DNA of 64,000 nucleotides from Candidatus Neptunichlamydia sp. (GTDB lineage Bacteria; Chlamydiota; Chlamydiia; Chlamydiales; Simkaniaceae): NCBI GenBank assembly GCA_965233865.1, contig OZ247587.1, positions 1,728,001 to 1,792,000 of the forward strand, read 5' to 3'. Shown piece by piece: positions 62,074 to 64,000 of this stretch (position 1 is its first letter; each line of letters starts with the position of its first letter). The notes under the pieces were generated by a model. It saw only the letters and a program-made list of their open reading frames with translations, ran no database searches and was not told where the DNA came from. The position numbers and the translations under genes were made by a program.

Positions 62074-62955
62074 GTGGAGGTCGGCATAGAAGCTAAAATT
62101 TCGAATAAAATCCGTGCTGTTTTGAAGAAAAATAGCTCACACTGTTGGGGACCTGAAGAGCAACTTAACTGCCTATTGCAGCTAATCGAGTTTCCAATGG
62201 GGAGGGATTTTTTGATATCCGGAGGCATGAGCTCCTACTGGATTGATTATCTAGTTAATAAAAAAAAAGAACCTTCTCTTCCTCGGTCTCGCAACCCACT
62301 ACAAGAGTTAATAGAACAAAAATCTTATCTAATATCGTCTTGGAGGGAAGTTTATCAAATATTCATTAAATTGGAGCAACAACAAGTTCGAGACGGCTGT
62401 GTTTTTGCGTCAATTCCATGCGGTTATATGAGAGATTTTTTTCAGGTTGATTTTTCTAAGATTAGTGAATTTAAGTTGATTGGGATTGATTTAGACAGAA
62501 CTGTCTTGAAACGAGTTCGCAAGTTATCCAAAGATTATGGATTTCATGATAGAACAGCAACTTATTGTTGTGATGCTTTAGATCTACCTTTTGAAGGTCA
62601 GTTTGATTTAGTATCGAGTTGCGGGTTAAATATATATTTAACTGGTTTCAATCAAGTAGATATGATGTATAAAATTTTCTTTAAATCTCTTAAAGAGCAA
62701 GGGATTTTGTTGATTCATTTTCTTACCGTACCACCATTTTTGGGAAGTATGTCAGAATGGAAAACAGATAAAATGGACCGAGAAGTTGAAGCTTTCGATC
62801 TATTTCTCCTCCAAAAGGTAATAGAATTTACTGATCACTCCTACATCGCAACTAATGCCATAATTCAAAGGTTAGAAAGAATTGGATTCAAAGAAGTTAA
62901 AGTAGAACGTGATTCTTATGGAATTGGTGCAGTAGCGATCGCAAAAAAAAATTAG
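62074..62955 (+). CDS. Class I SAM-dependent methyltransferase (true start may be ATG 62013 with a frameshift)
   Basis: ASIPCGYM, LIGIDLD, CDALDLPF, FDLVSSCGLNIY, LKEQGIL. Confidence 0.8.
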   Translation: MEVGIEAKISNKIRAVLKKNSSHCWGPEEQLNCLLQLIEFPMGRDFLISGGMSSYWIDYLVNKKKEPSLPRSRNPLQELIEQKSYLISSWREVYQIFIKLEQQQVRDGCVFASIPCGYMRDFFQVDFSKISEFKLIGIDLDRTVLKRVRKLSKDYGFHDRTATYCCDALDLPFEGQFDLVSSCGLNIYLTGFNQVDMMYKIFFKSLKEQGILLIHFLTVPPFLGSMSEWKTDKMDREVEAFDLFLLQKVIEFTDHSYIATNAIIQRLERIGFKEVKVERDSYGIGAVAIAKKN

Positions 62956-63097
62956 GAGTTCTGAATGGCTTAGAACTCAAAGACAACCAGCTAAAACTTT
63001 TCTGATTTTAAGATTGAGAAGAGAGGAAGTTTTTAATTGACGCACGGAAATATGCTCTGTAAACTAAGATAATTATGAATGATGGAGGATTTCATCT

Positions 63098-64000
63098 GTG
63101 AGCGTAATTTCTAGAGATAGGACAAATTCCAGAAAATTATATTGCGTGGTTCTCCTGCTGTTTCTAATAGATCTGCTATGTGAAAACTATGTAGTTTCTT
63201 TATTTGATTCGCTGAATTATGCACCAAAGCTAGCATGGCTCTTTCTCCTAATGCCGGTGCAAATTATTTTGGCTCCTGTACAGGCATCGGCATCTGATCA
63301 TTTTACACGAAAAAAAACTATTTATGTCGCTCTAGCCTCAAACTTTCTATGCATTTTGACTGGTTTGGTTTTTCTCTAGGTGGACGGTCTTCGCGTTTGG
63401 GCATTGATACTTATGGTCATATTCAAGTCAGCGCTTGGGAATCTTGTTCCCCTTGGTCTTGTGTCGATCTCAGATATGCATAAAAAGAGTTATCGGCCCT
63501 ATTTCATTGGGACGACTTCTATTTACGCGGCGGCTTTTATAGCTATCAGGTACTCAATTTCAACCCTTAGTGCATTGAGTTTTTCGGCCTTCTTAATCCC
63601 TCTAATATTGGTTACAATATTACTAGTACATTTTCAATTCTTCGATGAGGAGGACAGGAAAAGCGATTTGATGCCTTATGGCATGCTGAAAGATGCAAAA
63701 TACAACTCTTGGATTCAAAAACTATTTGGGTTCTTTCGCAGAGTGCCACTAGTATTTTCACTGATATTTCAGCAGACCTTCAAAGATTCAAAAAAGATAG
63801 TGTCTGACATTCGGTCAAAAGTTATCAGAGCGGCTTTGATGGGGTACTTTTGGTGGGAAGTGTCCATGTATAGTATCGTTGTGTCAGCTGTAGATCTAAG
63901 CTTTTTCCCCAAAAATTCTTTGTTCCCTCTGATAATGATGTGCGGATTTTTATTCGGAGCTATTATTGTTTTCACCTTATTGCGCAGATGGACTGATCAA
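63098..64000 (+). pseudogene. MFS-like transporter with in-frame TAG; runs off the window
   Basis: ASDHFTRKK motif-A-like; TAG at 63377-63379, after which the same hydrophobic frame stays open to 64000. Confidence 0.7.

Noticed and set aside
27618..63379. Amber (TAG) recoding suggested by several in-frame TAGs (helicase, ParB-like, U-box, RING, MFS)
   Set aside because: Core genes such as groEL and ihfA end in TAG, the expected residues differ between sites (Gln, Trp), and the same regions have frameshifts and TAA stops; ordinary decay fits better
1..64000. CRISPR array, rRNA or defence-system genes
   Set aside because: No regularly spaced repeats, rRNA-like stretches or recognisable cas/RM/retron proteins seen by eye

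Overview
Chromosomal window of an environmental chlamydia (Chlamydiota, probably Simkaniaceae-like; inferred from chlamydial-type proteins and gene blocks: groEL-groES/pepF, ihfA-accA-msbA-dnaQ, pdhABC, bamA-skp-lpxD, recR/fabHDG-acpP, trxB/acpS, lgt). The core backbone is interrupted by three accessory regions. (1) A ~2.3 kb integrase-less islet in tRNA-Asn (2281-4659) with a displaced tRNA 3' half, candidate integrase arm-site repeats, an IS5 element and an intact eukaryote-like RING-H2 gene. (2) A ~7 kb decayed phage-like/integrative element between pdhC and corA (27.5-34.6 kb) with helicase, HGGxSTG, RHH and ParB-like relics, broken U-box and RING-H2 E3-ligase genes, a toxin-like ORF and an IS5 element. 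(3) From 56.15 kb, two inverted IS6 copies enclosing a putative effector with an RRSP/PMT-C2 (TIKI/EreA-fold) protease motif set and a fragment of a chlamydial plasmid pGP8-type integrase, followed by an AdmH/EncP-type phenylalanine aminomutase/ammonia-lyase, a SAM methyltransferase and an amber-interrupted MFS transporter. Family assignments rest on motif recognition from memory; no searches were run.
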